Shown in pieces: positions 39,864 to 51,272 of a stretch of 64,000 nt of DNA; within the stretch, counting starts at the first letter, position 1, and each line of letters opens with the position of its first letter. The translations under genes and the position numbers were made by a program. This stretch comes from Nitrospirota bacterium (GTDB taxonomy: Bacteria; Nitrospirota; Thermodesulfovibrionia; Thermodesulfovibrionales; Dissulfurispiraceae): contig CAVPZX010000003.1 of the NCBI GenBank assembly GCA_963710375.1, positions 320,001 to 384,000 on the forward strand, given 5' to 3'. Below the pieces are notes generated by a model. The model did not search any database and was not told where the DNA came from. It worked only from the letters and a program-made list of their open reading frames with translations.

Positions 39864-40997
39864 GTGCCGCCTCTGAAGCAAAAAATTGCCGATCGAATCA
39901 AGACAGAGGGGCCTATAAGTTTTGAGACATTTATGGCCCTTGCCCTTTACGATCCCGAATTGGGTTATTACACCAGGTCTTCAACAACTATCGGCAGGGC
40001 AGGAGATTTTTATACGAGCCCTCATCTCCACAGGATTTTCGGAATGATGATAGGCAGACAGATGGAAGAAATGTGGGATATTATAGGGAGGCCGGACAGG
40101 TTTCATATTGTAGAAATGGGCGCCGGCATGGGATATCTCGCAAAAGATATGCTCGACTATATCAGTACAAAAGAACTGTCAAGGCATATAGATTACTCCA
40201 TTGTTGAGCTCAATCCGGCCGTGCGTGAAAGGCAACAAACCCTGCTCGGTTTGCATGCAGGGAAGATACGCTGGTTCTCCGGTCTTGGTGATATCGGGAC
40301 AGTAGCAGGATGCTTCCTTTCAAATGAACTGCTTGATGCATTTCCGGTGCATCTGATTGTTAAGAGGGATGAGTTAATGGAGGTTTTTGTCACCCTACAG
40401 GACGTGAAGGATAACGAGCTTGCCGACACGCTTGTCGAGGTGGAAAGACCATGTAATAGCACTTTATCTGCTTACTCACATGACTTCTCGATAGAAATCC
40501 CTGTGGGATATAAAACGGAAATCAATTTAAAAATTAAGGATTGGCTTTCGGAAGTATATAAAAAACTTGAAAGAGGATTTATTCTGACAATAGATTACGG
40601 TTTTTCGTCTGCGGAATACTACAGTGAGGAAAGAACCACCGGCACACTTCTTTGCTATTATAAGCACCAGGTCAATGAAGATCCCTATCAGCATATAGGA
40701 GAACAGGACATTACAGCGCATGTAAACTTCTCATCAATAAAGAAATGGGGTGAAGAGTTGGGGCTGAGGACGGAAGGCTATTGTCCACAGGGAACTTATC
40801 TGGTGTCCCTCGGAATCGATGAACTAATAACAGAAATGTACGGCCAATCCCCGGACCCATTCGAGATTGCCCAAATCAAAGGTCTGATTTTCCCGCAGGG
40901 CATGGGAGCGTCACATCAGGTTATGGTGCAGAGCAAGGGAATTGACGAGGTAAAGTTGCGCGGCTTTAAGCTCAGAAACCACGTCGGAAGACTATAG
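39864..40997 (+). CDS. SAM-dependent methyltransferase, MidA/NDUFAF7 family
   Basis: ALYDP..GYY, GDFYTSP, EMGAG.G, SNELLDAFP, IDYG, QDITAHVNF. Confidence 0.9.
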   Translation: MPPLKQKIADRIKTEGPISFETFMALALYDPELGYYTRSSTTIGRAGDFYTSPHLHRIFGMMIGRQMEEMWDIIGRPDRFHIVEMGAGMGYLAKDMLDYISTKELSRHIDYSIVELNPAVRERQQTLLGLHAGKIRWFSGLGDIGTVAGCFLSNELLDAFPVHLIVKRDELMEVFVTLQDVKDNELADTLVEVERPCNSTLSAYSHDFSIEIPVGYKTEINLKIKDWLSEVYKKLERGFILTIDYGFSSAEYYSEERTTGTLLCYYKHQVNEDPYQHIGEQDITAHVNFSSIKKWGEELGLRTEGYCPQGTYLVSLGIDELITEMYGQSPDPFEIAQIKGLIFPQGMGASHQVMVQSKGIDEVKLRGFKLRNHVGRL

Positions 40998-41760
40998 CGA
41001 TGAGATCGAGCTCCTCCAGGCGACTTATGCTTTTCAGCACGTGCTCCACGGAATGAGCTTCTATAGTGTGAATGATTGATGCCGTTGACTTTAGCGTGTT
41101 GAACAACGTTCTGAAGTCGAATGTGCCATCCCCAATCGGGAGATGCTGATCGGCGCTTCTGTCGTTGTCATGCAGATGGAGTTCGATAATATAAGGGCCC
41201 AGACTATCGAGCCACTCATCCAGCGGGACTTTTGAAAAAAGATTGCAGTGGCCGGTATCAAAGCATATCCCGAAATTACCTGAATCCATTTCTTTCATCA
41301 GCAGTATCAGATTTGCCGGTGTGTCTTCAAAGATATTCTCGATGGCTATTTTGACCCCGATACTTTGAGCTTTTTCGTTGAGAGGCTTCCATGTCTCCAG
41401 GCTTTTTCGCAGCCAGAGGTCGGTAGAAAGCGCGTATTTCCACTTCTCATAACCTGAGTGAAAGACGATGCATTCAGGTTTCAAAACCTTAGCGGGCTTC
41501 AGCATTTGGTTGAACCGGTACACAGTAGCTTCACGCACTTTAGCATCTACAGCACCGGGGCACAGGTCCATAAAAGGCGCATGCATCGAAAGCGAAGGGA
41601 TGTATTTTAGGCTTTTCCTTAATGCTTCAAGTGACTGGGTGTCGATTGAATCGAGGACATCAGTATTAAAATATATCTCGAGGTTGGGCCTGTGAGAGTT
41701 GATGAAAGACAGGTTCCCTGCAATTTTCTCGTAAGGCACATGGATATGCGGACCAGCCAT
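40972..41760 (-). CDS. Sugar phosphate isomerase/epimerase (xylose-isomerase-like TIM barrel)
   Basis: HAPF.DL, IENIFE, CFDTGH, HLHDN...DQHL.IGDG. Confidence 0.85.
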   Translation of the reverse strand: MAGPHIHVPYEKIAGNLSFINSHRPNLEIYFNTDVLDSIDTQSLEALRKSLKYIPSLSMHAPFMDLCPGAVDAKVREATVYRFNQMLKPAKVLKPECIVFHSGYEKWKYALSTDLWLRKSLETWKPLNEKAQSIGVKIAIENIFEDTPANLILLMKEMDSGNFGICFDTGHCNLFSKVPLDEWLDSLGPYIIELHLHDNDRSADQHLPIGDGTFDFRTLFNTLKSTASIIHTIEAHSVEHVLKSISRLEELDLIAIVFRRGF

Positions 41761-41762
41761 TG

Positions 41763-42098
41763 TTATGATGCAGCTGCAGGCTCTTTTTTGGTCTCGGTCT
41801 TTGGTTCTTTGGCGCTGTCTGTCTTGGATTCGGCTTTTACATCAGTCGATGTTTCAGTCTCTTTGCTCCCGGTGGATTTCTTATCAGACTCGGAGCTTTT
41901 TTTCGCGGTTCCCGAGTCTTTGCGGCCATAATCCGTTACATACCAGCCGCTTCCTTTCAGGACAAAGGTCGTGTTCGATATAAGCTTCTTCAGTTGGCCG
42001 CCGCATTCAGGACAGGTGTCAAGCAGCGCATCGCTGAATTTCTGCATTGCCTCGGTAGTTTTCCCGCAAGCGAGGCATTCATATTCGTATATAGGCAT
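41763..42098 (-). CDS. FmdB-family zinc-ribbon protein
   Basis: MPIYEYEC..CG...CPECGG...LKGSGWYVTDY. Confidence 0.92.
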   Translation of the reverse strand: MPIYEYECLACGKTTEAMQKFSDALLDTCPECGGQLKKLISNTTFVLKGSGWYVTDYGRKDSGTAKKSSESDKKSTGSKETETSTDVKAESKTDSAKEPKTETKKEPAAAS

Positions 42099-42181
42099 CT
42101 TTTTTCTCCTCTACCATAAAGGTATCTACTTAATATAATCGACTTGAGGCAGTCAGGTCAAGGAAACAGTTATATCATCCG

Positions 42182-42367
42182 CAATTCAGACAGTGGACAA
42201 GTCTCGGGAGCGAATCGCGGAGTCATGGTAACAGTTCCTAGCGAAGAGAGCGTTAAACAGTCGCTATGTTTGAGCCCGCAGGGCGAGTTTAGCGACTGTA
42301 GCGAACAAGCCTTTGGAACTGTCATGACGCAGCGTCTGAGCGTAGGAGACTTGTCCACTGTCTGAAT
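42182..42367. mobile_element. Miniature inverted-repeat element, family B
   Basis: ATTCAGACAGTGGACAAGTCTC...GAGACTTGTCCACTGTCTGAAT ends; nested stems; homologous to 14875-15093. Confidence 0.7.
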
Positions 42368-42441
42368 CACCGTTATATTATTGACATTAGAGAGCATTTT
42401 TTGTTTTAATAATCATTCGAGATTATTTCGGGGGTGAATGA

Positions 42442-42756
42442 ATGTACGCAATTGTTGAATCAGGCGGCGAACAGATAAGGATATCGGAGGGCGATACGGT
42501 CCGCGTAAATAAAATCGACGCTGATATTAATACTGAAATAGTGATTGACAAAGTTTTGATGTTTGAAGACGGCGGTAAAGCTGTATGGGGCGCCCCCTAT
42601 GTAAAAGGCGCCAGTGTGAAAGCCGAAATTATGGGATCGGGAAGGTACGACAAGATCATGGTGTTGAAAACTACCCCGAAAAAAGCGCACAATAAGATCA
42701 GGGGACACAGACAACAGTATACTACGGTCAAGATCAAAGAGATAACTATAGGATAA
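42442..42756 (+). CDS. rplU: 50S ribosomal protein L21
   Basis: [26 protein letters not shown]. Confidence 0.95.
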   Translation: MYAIVESGGEQIRISEGDTVRVNKIDADINTEIVIDKVLMFEDGGKAVWGAPYVKGASVKAEIMGSGRYDKIMVLKTTPKKAHNKIRGHRQQYTTVKIKEITIG

Positions 42757-42769
42757 GCGGAGGTCATCT

Positions 42770-43054
42770 ATGGCACATAAAAAAGGTGTTGGAAGCTCAA
42801 GAAACGGTCGTGACAGCGATGCGCAGAGGCTCGGTGTAAAAAGATTCGGTGGAGAGTTTGTGCGTGCAGGCAGCATTATTGTGCGCCAGCGCGGAACAAA
42901 GGTCCATAAGGGTAACAATGTCGGCATCGGCTCGGATGATACCCTCTTTGCATTAATAGATGGCGTGGTAAAGTTTGAGAGGAAAGACAAGACTAGAAAA
43001 AAGGTCAGTGTATATCCGGTAACGGAAGCGCAGCAATCACCGGCTTTGGTATAG
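42770..43054 (+). CDS. rpmA: 50S ribosomal protein L27
   Basis: [31 protein letters not shown]. Confidence 0.98.
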   Translation: MAHKKGVGSSRNGRDSDAQRLGVKRFGGEFVRAGSIIVRQRGTKVHKGNNVGIGSDDTLFALIDGVVKFERKDKTRKKVSVYPVTEAQQSPALV

Positions 43055-43080
43055 AAGAATCCCGAACACAAAGGACGCGT

Positions 43081-43111
43081 AAAGGCGGGTCATCGTGACC
43101 TGCCTTTTTTT
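43081..43111 (+). terminator. Intrinsic terminator after rpmA
   Basis: AAAGGCGGGTCA-tcg-TGACCTGCCTTT followed by a T run. Confidence 0.8.
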
Positions 43112-43115
43112 ATTT

Positions 43116-44126
43116 ATGAAATTCATAGACTACGCAAAAATATATGTCAAGGCCGGCGATGGCGGCAGAGGATGCATGAGCTTTCGCAGGGAGAAACATG
43201 TGCCGAGAGGAGGACCTAATGGAGGGGATGGCGGCAGGGGAGGACATATTATTTTCCGTGCGGCAAAAGAGTTGAATACCTTGCTTGACCTCCGCTACCA
43301 GAGAGAATACAGAGCTGAAAGAGGAGAACATGGCAAGGGCAGTAACAAACACGGCAAGGATGGTATTGACATGGTTATACCTGTGCCGGTCGGAACATTG
43401 ATCAAAGACGCTGAAAGCGGACAGATAATCGCCGATCTCGATCACGATGGCGCTGAAGTGATTGCAGCTAAGTCCGGGAGGGGAGGGCTGGGCAATTCTC
43501 ATTTCGCTACCTCTACGCGCCAGGCGCCAAGGTTTGCCCAGCCGGGCGAACAGGGTGAAGAGAAATGGCTCGAACTCGAATTAAAGCTTCTTGCCGACGT
43601 AGGTCTTGTCGGACTTCCTAACGCAGGGAAATCCACGCTGATATCTGTGATTTCGGCTGCGAGGCCGAAAATTGCCGATTACCCTTTTACTACTCTCGTA
43701 CCGAATTTGGGTGTAGTCAAGATGGAAGACCTTGGCAGCTTCGTGGTGGCTGATATCCCAGGCATAATAGAAGGAGCGCACACAGGAACTGGGCTAGGCT
43801 TTCAGTTCCTCCGCCACATCGAGCGGACAGCTATCCTGCTCCACCTTGTTGATATTTCCGATACTGTGACGTCGGATCCTGTAGAGGATTTTGAAAATAT
43901 AACCAGGGAATTAGTATTATATAGCGCTGACCTTGCAGGAAAGCCGGTGGCAGTAGCGGGAACAAAACTCGACATAGTTCACGATGGAACGAGGCTACGC
44001 AGACTAAGTGAGTACTGCAAAGAAAATGGACTCGATTTTTTTCCTGTCTCTGCTGTTGCAGGCGAAGGGATAAGGCAGTTAGTCACTTATTTGTCAAATA
44101 AAGTTGAAGAACGGAGAAACGGATAG
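43116..44126 (+). CDS. obgE: GTPase ObgE/CgtA
   Basis: FID...AGDGG.G..SFRREK..P.GGP.GGDGG; GLPNAGKST; YPFTT; DIPG. Confidence 0.97.
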   Translation: MKFIDYAKIYVKAGDGGRGCMSFRREKHVPRGGPNGGDGGRGGHIIFRAAKELNTLLDLRYQREYRAERGEHGKGSNKHGKDGIDMVIPVPVGTLIKDAESGQIIADLDHDGAEVIAAKSGRGGLGNSHFATSTRQAPRFAQPGEQGEEKWLELELKLLADVGLVGLPNAGKSTLISVISAARPKIADYPFTTLVPNLGVVKMEDLGSFVVADIPGIIEGAHTGTGLGFQFLRHIERTAILLHLVDISDTVTSDPVEDFENITRELVLYSADLAGKPVAVAGTKLDIVHDGTRLRRLSEYCKENGLDFFPVSAVAGEGIRQLVTYLSNKVEERRNG

Positions 44127-44129
44127 GGA

Positions 44130-45230
44130 ATGGCGCGAATAGTCATAAAAATAGGCAGTAACATATTGACCGAGGCGTCGGGAGGGCTGAATCATAAAAG
44201 GATTGATGCTATTGCCGGTGATATTTCCGTTGTATGCGACGGCGGGCATGAAGTCGTGATAGTTTCTTCGGGTGCTGTTGCAGCAGGCATGAAGAAACTC
44301 GGCATCAAAATAAGGCCCACAGAAATAAGGCTCAAACAGGCCGCTGCAGCAATAGGACAATCATCTCTCATGTGGGCCTATGAAAAAAGCTTCGAGACCT
44401 GCGGGAAAAAGGTGGCGCAAGTTCTCCTCACGCGAGAGGATTTTTCCGACCGGGTGCGTTACCTCAACTCCAGAAATACACTCGTCACTCTCCTTTCTTA
44501 TTCCATTATTCCTGTCATTAATGAGAATGACACTGTAGCCACTGATGAGATCAGGTTTGGAGACAATGATCATATCGCCGCACTTGTATCCGGACTTATT
44601 GATGCTGAAAGGCTTATCATCCTGTCCGACGTCGAGGGACTTTACCCTGTTGATCCAAAAAAGAGCCGGGATGCAAAAATCATTTCCTTGGTAGATGAAA
44701 TCACTCCTGAAGTGGAGGCTGCGGCTGGCGGAGCAGGAAGCGCCGTCGGAACAGGCGGTATGTACTCAAAGGTGCTTGCTGCAAAAAAGGCGCTTTCATA
44801 TGGAATAAAAGTAAATATTATAAGCGGCAGAAAAAAGGGACTCATTGCTTCCCTTCTGACAGGCCAACATCACGGAACAGAGTTCAGGCCGCAGATGAAA
44901 AAAATATCTTCCAGAAAGGGCTGGATCGCCTATGCTATAAAACCTAGGGGGTCTCTTACTATCGATGACGGGGCGGTCCATGCTGTACAAAAGTCCGGCA
45001 AGAGTTTGTTGCCCTCAGGTATAGTGAGCGTTGACGGGACGTTCAATACGGGTGACGCGGTAAACTGCATGGATTCAAGGGGCAAACGTATTGCAAAAGG
45101 GATCGTAAATTATTCTGCAGCCGATATAGAAAAAATCAAAGGTAGAAAGACCTCCGAGATAGAACAGATTCTCGGCTATAAGTATTCCGATGAAATAATC
45201 CACAGAGACAATATGGTGGTGGTCTCCTGA
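44130..45230 (+). CDS. proB: Glutamate 5-kinase
   Basis: KIGS, VSSGA, INENDTV, FGDND, GTGGMYSK, C-terminal PUA domain. Confidence 0.96.
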   Translation: MARIVIKIGSNILTEASGGLNHKRIDAIAGDISVVCDGGHEVVIVSSGAVAAGMKKLGIKIRPTEIRLKQAAAAIGQSSLMWAYEKSFETCGKKVAQVLLTREDFSDRVRYLNSRNTLVTLLSYSIIPVINENDTVATDEIRFGDNDHIAALVSGLIDAERLIILSDVEGLYPVDPKKSRDAKIISLVDEITPEVEAAAGGAGSAVGTGGMYSKVLAAKKALSYGIKVNIISGRKKGLIASLLTGQHHGTEFRPQMKKISSRKGWIAYAIKPRGSLTIDDGAVHAVQKSGKSLLPSGIVSVDGTFNTGDAVNCMDSRGKRIAKGIVNYSAADIEKIKGRKTSEIEQILGYKYSDEIIHRDNMVVVS

Positions 45231-45264
45231 TTCCGACGAGTTGTTCAAGGTTGATGCATGCAAG

Positions 45265-48200
45265 TTATTTATTCGCAGACCCTAAGACTCCTGAGTCTTT
45301 GATTTTAGCGTCCAGTAACTCAAGCTGGCTTTCAAGTTCAGGCATAAGTACAATCAGTGTCTCCAGTTTCCCTTTTTCTCCGGCCTGCTGCATATCAGCT
45401 GCTATTGCGCTCATTGCCACACATCCTGTGTTGGCCGCTGCCCCCTTGATCTTGTGGGCTTCTCTCCCTGCAAGTTCCGCATCGCCCAGCACGATCTGTT
45501 CCCTTAGTTCATCAAGCATCTGGGGGATTCCCTCCATGAATGCCGCAACAATTGTTCCGGCAAGACCCTTGTCATCCATTATGCGCTCCAAAAGCCCGGC
45601 ATAGTCAAAGACCGGCAATGCTCCCACTGCTGTTTTTCTATGGTACACATCAGTTGTCAATGGCAACTTGACCCGGGCCTGTGGCAGCCATTTCTCGAGC
45701 ACCTTAGCCACTTCCTGCAGCGAGATCGGCTTTGAGATATAATCGTCCATCCCCTCTTGCAGACATTTCTCCCTGTCACCCTTCATGGCATGGGCTGTCA
45801 TTGCAATAATAGGTACATTTGGATTCGCTGCCTTTGTCTTGCCACTCCGGATAACCTTGGTCGCCTGATACCCATCCATAACAGGCATCTGAACATCCAT
45901 GAAGACTATGTCGTAAGAAGCAGCTTCCAGCATATTGATCGCCTGCTGGCCATTGTCAGCGGTGTCAGCAATAAACCCCAATTTCCCCAGAATGCCCTCT
46001 GCCACCAGTTTATTCACTTTGTTATCCTCCACCAGTAGAATGCGCGCATTCTGCCTGGATGCCTCACGAAGCCGGTGTCCGGTAATAATAGCGGCTTCCT
46101 CCTTTTCATGCAGACTGCTCCCACCAAGGACTGCGGCTATGCAGTCATGCAGTTGGAACATCCTTACAGGTTTGGTTAGATATCCAGAAAATCCAAGGCT
46201 CGCAAACCTCTTTGAATCTCCCCTCACTCCACTGGATGTCAGCATAATCAGCAAAGTATCCCTCAAAACAGGGTCTGCCTTGATGGCCCTGGCAAGGGCT
46301 TCGCCGTTCATGCCAGGCATTTGCATATCAGTAACTACAACCCTAAAGGGGTCCCCTTCAGCTTGAGCGGTATGAAGCATCTCCATTGCCGTTAAAGCTC
46401 CCCCGGCCTCTGCATGGCGCACCCCCCACGACTTCATCTGCTCTGCAATTACAATGCGGTTCACCGCATTGTCGTCTACTGACAGTATCCTCACCCCGCT
46501 GATATCGGCAAATGGAGGCACTTCTCCCCTGTCCGGCTGACTCCCCTTATCGAACACTGCTGTAAACCAGAAGTTGGAACCTTTCCCTTCTATGCTTTCA
46601 ACCCCAATCCTGCCGTTCATTAGCTCAACCAGACGCCTAGATATTGCCAACCCTAGACCGCTGCCTCCAAACTTCCTCGATGTCGAGGCATCAACCTGCT
46701 GAAAACTGTCAAACAATAAAGGCAGTTTGTCTTCTGGTATCCCAATGCCGGTATCCCTAATATTGAAGCGCACCGCAATTTGACCGTCTCTCTCATATTC
46801 CGCCACTGCTTCGATAACCACCTCGCCCACTGAGGTGAACTTGATGGCATTCCCTATCAGGTTCACTAATACCTGGCGAAGCCGGCCAGGGTCGCCTATA
46901 AGGAATGTGTGGACGCCGGGGTCTATCCGGCATATTAACTCAAGACCCTTTTCATAGGCCCTCAAGGCCATAAACTCAGCAGTCTCTTCAAGCGTGTTTC
47001 TCAGATCAAACTCTATTGTCTCTATCTCCAGTTTGCCTGCCTCTATTTTGGAGAAGTCAAGGATATCGTTGATCAGGCCCAGCAACAACTCCCCGCTTGA
47101 GCGCAGCATCTCGGCATAGTTCCTCTGCTCCTCAGAAAGCCCTGTGTCTAGAAGCAAGCCATTCATACCCATTATGCCGTTCATTGGGGTGCGGATTTCA
47201 TGGCTCATGTTTGCAAGGAACTCGCTCTTTGCCACATTTGCGGCTTCGGCAGCTATCTTCGCCCTTTTGAGTTCCTCTTCCACAAGCTTGCGCTCCGCTA
47301 TCTCTTCCTTTAACTGTTCATTGCTCTGACGCAGCGCCCTGGCCGCCAGCCTCTCCTGTGTGACATCGCGGAGTATGCAGATACGTGCTATCAAGCGATC
47401 ATGTTCCAACATGAGCGATGCCGAAATTTCGAGCGTCAACTCCTGACCACGTGGACGGCGGTACAGAAGCTCGACATGCCGCACCATACCCTGAGTGCTT
47501 TTGGGATCGAAGACCTCACGGGATGTCTCCACGGGGAAAAACTCGAAAACGTTATGACCCAGGAGATCCTGGGCCTCATGACCGAGGAGGGCAATGGCAG
47601 CGCTATTCACAACACGAATAATGCCGTCTTCTTCGAGGACGATCAACGAGTCGTTCATCGATTTGATAATGTTATCGGTGTATTCCCGTGATGCGACAAT
47701 CTCTCCCTGAGATTTCTGAAGGGCTTCCGTCATCTTGTTAAACGAATGACCAAGGCGTTCCAACTCGTCTCCTGTCGCTATTTCCGCTCTGGCAGTCAGG
47801 TCCCCTGCTGCCACACGCTGAGTTACATTGTCCAGTGCACTGATTGGCTGGCTCAGCTTTCTTGCAAAGTATAGTGAAGCAGCCATGCCGGCCATGATAC
47901 AGAGAATAGCGAGCCAAAAAGTTCGGATATACATGTTTTTGACATCGTCATGATATTTTTTAAGCGACAAGCCTATGTGTATCCATCCCCAGTCAATCCC
48001 TGAATATTTGAAAGGATAGGAATAATGAAATACTTCCTGCCCTACCAGGTCGCTTTTCAGGAATTGGCTTTTCGCCAGCCTATCGGTCGAGGGGTTCCAG
48101 ATGCCTGCGAGTTGCAGCTGTTTCCACCCACTTGAAGTCTGTACAAGCGAAAATCCATCGCGTCGGGTTATCACTACATAAAGAATAGAAGAACTTTCTT

Positions 48201-48459
48201 TGACCACTCGCATGCAATGTTCAATCACTGTACCATAGTCTTCGGAAATAACCGCACCCGCAGCAACCTGATCAATAGATGTAACTATGTTTCTGGCCTC
48301 CGATTTCATGTTGTCGATAATGATCTTTTTCTGGTAAGAGAGGGTTGAGACAACATATGTTCCAAGGGTCAGAATAATCAAAAGCCACGAGAGCATGGTC
48401 GTGCGCAGAAGTATCCTGTTTTTCCAAAACCTTGCCTTATTAGTACGTCGAGATATCAT
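45265..48459 (-). CDS. Hybrid histidine kinase HK3 (periplasmic sensor, HAMP, PAS, HisKA, HATPase, REC x2, Hpt); start uncertain
   Basis: Two TMs, HAMP (PISAL...GDL...[13 protein letters not shown]), core nearly identical to HK1/HK2 on the opposite strand. Confidence 0.93.
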   Translation of the reverse strand: MISRRTNKARFWKNRILLRTTMLSWLLIILTLGTYVVSTLSYQKKIIIDNMKSEARNIVTSIDQVAAGAVISEDYGTVIEHCMRVVKESSSILYVVITRRDGFSLVQTSSGWKQLQLAGIWNPSTDRLAKSQFLKSDLVGQEVFHYSYPFKYSGIDWGWIHIGLSLKKYHDDVKNMYIRTFWLAILCIMAGMAASLYFARKLSQPISALDNVTQRVAAGDLTARAEIATGDELERLGHSFNKMTEALQKSQGEIVASREYTDNIIKSMNDSLIVLEEDGIIRVVNSAAIALLGHEAQDLLGHNVFEFFPVETSREVFDPKSTQGMVRHVELLYRRPRGQELTLEISASLMLEHDRLIARICILRDVTQERLAARALRQSNEQLKEEIAERKLVEEELKRAKIAAEAANVAKSEFLANMSHEIRTPMNGIMGMNGLLLDTGLSEEQRNYAEMLRSSGELLLGLINDILDFSKIEAGKLEIETIEFDLRNTLEETAEFMALRAYEKGLELICRIDPGVHTFLIGDPGRLRQVLVNLIGNAIKFTSVGEVVIEAVAEYERDGQIAVRFNIRDTGIGIPEDKLPLLFDSFQQVDASTSRKFGGSGLGLAISRRLVELMNGRIGVESIEGKGSNFWFTAVFDKGSQPDRGEVPPFADISGVRILSVDDNAVNRIVIAEQMKSWGVRHAEAGGALTAMEMLHTAQAEGDPFRVVVTDMQMPGMNGEALARAIKADPVLRDTLLIMLTSSGVRGDSKRFASLGFSGYLTKPVRMFQLHDCIAAVLGGSSLHEKEEAAIITGHRLREASRQNARILLVEDNKVNKLVAEGILGKLGFIADTADNGQQAINMLEAASYDIVFMDVQMPVMDGYQATKVIRSGKTKAANPNVPIIAMTAHAMKGDREKCLQEGMDDYISKPISLQEVAKVLEKWLPQARVKLPLTTDVYHRKTAVGALPVFDYAGLLERIMDDKGLAGTIVAAFMEGIPQMLDELREQIVLGDAELAGREAHKIKGAAANTGCVAMSAIAADMQQAGEKGKLETLIVLMPELESQLELLDAKIKDSGVLGSANK

Positions 48460-48481
48460 ACTCCTCACTACAATATTATTA

Positions 48482-49444
48482 TTATCTGCGCTTCCTGGCC
48501 AACGTCCCCCCACGATGCTGATTATACTTATTAAGCAAGGCAACAGTAGTATCAAGCATCCCAGGTTTAAAGGCCTCTATAGTGTCTATCTGGAAAAGGG
48601 TGAGAATTTGTTTCCCTGCGGGGGTAGTGGACATGTTCAGAGCAGCCTTGATTATCTGTGCTTTGATATCGGAACTCAGATTCTTATTGAAACATAACAT
48701 TCCGTACAGGAGTTTATCGGAACTCGAAAGAACCATCAGTTCATTTCCCAGTTGCGGGTTGAGTTCGACCATCGTGTTAAAGAAGCTTTTGCCTACAAGA
48801 CAGACATCAGCCTGCCTGAAAAAGACAGGCAGCACAGCCTGAGATGCTTTCTTCACTTCCCGGACAGACGCAAAAAACCTGTCTCGGTCAGGGAGGTGCT
48901 TGCCGGTTAAAACATTACTCAGCCAGATGTAGGCATCGTCGAGCATGAGGTTAGCGTGAACCACTAATCTCTTGCCTTTAAGTTGACCTATATCTGTGAT
49001 CCCGTGTTCCCGCCGCACAATAAGCACCAGTTCATCGCCGTATGTTGTATCTCGCTTACTTCCCACAAGGGCTGGTTCCAATGGGACTTTATCCCTGATT
49101 TTCAGGTAGTCCATTACTGTCAAGGCGATAAGGTCAGTTTCCCTGTTCTTCAGGGCTTGTACCATGTATTGTGAGTCTCCATACAGTACAGGCTTCGCCA
49201 GCATTTTGAGCTTTGTAGTTTTAGTAATCTCCCTTGTCCATAGCTGAAGGGCAGCCATAGCATCAGCCTCGCTCACGACATCATTGAGAAGCTTAGTCGA
49301 GTAGCCGACCCTGAGGTTTTCCGGCGAATACTCGTCATTTTCACATTTCCCCTCTTTTGTGCAAAGAACCATACATGCAACAATCAAGCAGATGTGCAAT
49401 ATAAGCTTTCTGCGGTTTTTATACCTTTTCCGAAAGACACCCAT
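48482..49444 (-). CDS. PhnD-like periplasmic substrate-binding protein
   Basis: Signal-like N-terminus; LIVRR..GI.DI.QLKGKRL; AVLPVFFRQADVC; G.QIL.LFQI..I. Confidence 0.7.
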   Translation of the reverse strand: MGVFRKRYKNRRKLILHICLIVACMVLCTKEGKCENDEYSPENLRVGYSTKLLNDVVSEADAMAALQLWTREITKTTKLKMLAKPVLYGDSQYMVQALKNRETDLIALTVMDYLKIRDKVPLEPALVGSKRDTTYGDELVLIVRREHGITDIGQLKGKRLVVHANLMLDDAYIWLSNVLTGKHLPDRDRFFASVREVKKASQAVLPVFFRQADVCLVGKSFFNTMVELNPQLGNELMVLSSSDKLLYGMLCFNKNLSSDIKAQIIKAALNMSTTPAGKQILTLFQIDTIEAFKPGMLDTTVALLNKYNQHRGGTLARKRR

Positions 49445-49745
49445 CTTACCTCCTGTTCTCCAGCCAACCTTGCTTTAAGATATAGATGCTTCCTCACGTC
49501 AAACGCTAAAGAATACAATCAAGATATAATATACCATACACTAATGCTATTTCCTGCCAGACAACAGGAATCGTCCCGTTTTGGCTTGTCTCTACGGCCA
49601 GCTTTTTATTTTTTAGGTCAGTTAGCCGGTTTATTCCGCGATCCGTTCTTACAGGGAGCAGAAATTTATGGTAAAAGTCCTTACCGCAATCGGCAACATA
49701 GATAGGCTCAAGAGGGACCCTGTTGCTATTGTAAACCTAAGATAT

Positions 49746-51272
49746 TTATTCCTTATCTTTGCCCCAGAGCAGCGTTTGCACTTCCTTGCCTACCACATAG
49801 TCCAGATGTGCTTGCGTCTCAATGTGGTCGTAGAGCGTCTTTTGGTATTGTGCTCTTAGGAAAGACTCAACCAGTTGTGCCTCTATGACATCCTTGGTTT
49901 CAACCAAGTCCTCCTGGTATGCGCGTTCGTTCAGGTCCCTGTTCTCCTCAGCCGCCTTGGCTGCCTCGCCTGCTGATCGCTGCTGCTCCTGCGCACTGAT
50001 CATTAATGTGAAAATATACTTAATTTGCAGTGCAATACCCTCGCGCAGAAGAACCTTTTCATCTGATAGTTGTCCAAGTCGTGCGACAGCCTCCCTTATT
50101 TCCCCTTTAGTCCGAAAACCGCTGAACAGAGGGAGTTCAAGAGCGATCCCCACGTTCCAGCTATTCTTGTTGTTAGGAGTAACTATACCCATATCGTAGG
50201 CATTTTGAATGTTTTCGAGGTTGCCGATAAATGCCACTTTGGGGAAATACCCGCTCTTTGCTTCGTCTATGTGTGCCTCAGCAGCATTTAAACCCTCTTG
50301 CATCTTAGCCCAGTCAGGGTTGAAGGAATAGGCATTGCTTACCAGTGCCGCGAGATTCCCACGGTAAGGGTTAAAGGGGATATCAGATTCAGAAACTTGC
50401 ACCTGGGTGTCCCAATCCAACCCCATAGTATTGGTTAATGCTGCAAGTGTAATGTCTTCATTTGCCTTCAGGTAGGAGACTGCAGAACGCAGCCCCTCGA
50501 CTACCGACTTATTCCTTAGATAGTCTGTCTTCTTAACCCTGCCTGAACCGGTCTTGTATAATTTCTCAGTAAGCTCAAGGGTGACATCCATGCGCTGTAA
50601 GGCCTCGCTGCCGATCCGATATAGCTCGCGAGCTAGGACGGCGCCGTAATACATCCGTTTCACGTCATAGATGACCTGAAGGTCTGTTCGCCTTGCTTCC
50701 TGTTTTGCAGCCTCAAGACCGCTCCGGGCCTGTTTGACAACGGCAGAACGCTGACCGCCTGTGTACAGGGGGTAGGTAACGTTCAATGTGGTCATAAGAG
50801 TTGTCTTATCCAGGAGTTTTACATCCTGCTGCGGGACGTTGGTGGACTGTGCGGGGACATTGATTGGCAAAGGACCCAAAGGGGTATTTGCGATGACCGT
50901 TGACGCCGGCGTGTTGACTGTTGAGGCTGGGAAAAGGAAGTCAGGCCGCTTGTTCATATAAGAGTAGGAAGATCTCAAGGCAGCTTGAGGCCAATAGGAC
51001 GACAGTGCCTGCTGAAGTTGGGCTTCAGATATTTCCACAGCGAACTGTGACATGGGACGTGTCCGGTTTTTATTAAGGGCAATCTCGATGCTTTCCTGGA
51101 GTGTCACGCTCCGTACCTTTTGCCCGCTATTTGCCTCCTTAGTGATCTGTAGTTGTCCCGCTGGGGATTCTTCCGATGCTGTTGAGGTCAGGGGAATGGC
51201 TGATACAAGTGCAATAATCAGTACTTCAAGCAGGATGAATGTCTTTCTCGGCTTCATGTCGTTCTCCTTCAT
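49746..51272 (-). CDS. TolC-family outer membrane protein
   Basis: TLQESIEIAL..N, two repeats with YWP/YFP and PLYTGG/PLFSGF strands. Confidence 0.88.
   Translation of the reverse strand: MKENDMKPRKTFILLEVLIIALVSAIPLTSTASEESPAGQLQITKEANSGQKVRSVTLQESIEIALNKNRTRPMSQFAVEISEAQLQQALSSYWPQAALRSSYSYMNKRPDFLFPASTVNTPASTVIANTPLGPLPINVPAQSTNVPQQDVKLLDKTTLMTTLNVTYPLYTGGQRSAVVKQARSGLEAAKQEARRTDLQVIYDVKRMYYGAVLARELYRIGSEALQRMDVTLELTEKLYKTGSGRVKKTDYLRNKSVVEGLRSAVSYLKANEDITLAALTNTMGLDWDTQVQVSESDIPFNPYRGNLAALVSNAYSFNPDWAKMQEGLNAAEAHIDEAKSGYFPKVAFIGNLENIQNAYDMGIVTPNNKNSWNVGIALELPLFSGFRTKGEIREAVARLGQLSDEKVLLREGIALQIKYIFTLMISAQEQQRSAGEAAKAAEENRDLNERAYQEDLVETKDVIEAQLVESFLRAQYQKTLYDHIETQAHLDYVVGKEVQTLLWGKDKE

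Noticed and set aside
49546..49558. Sigma54-like TGGCAGGAAATAGCA upstream of the PhnD-like gene
   Set aside because: GG-to-GC spacing is one base short of the strict -24/-12 requirement
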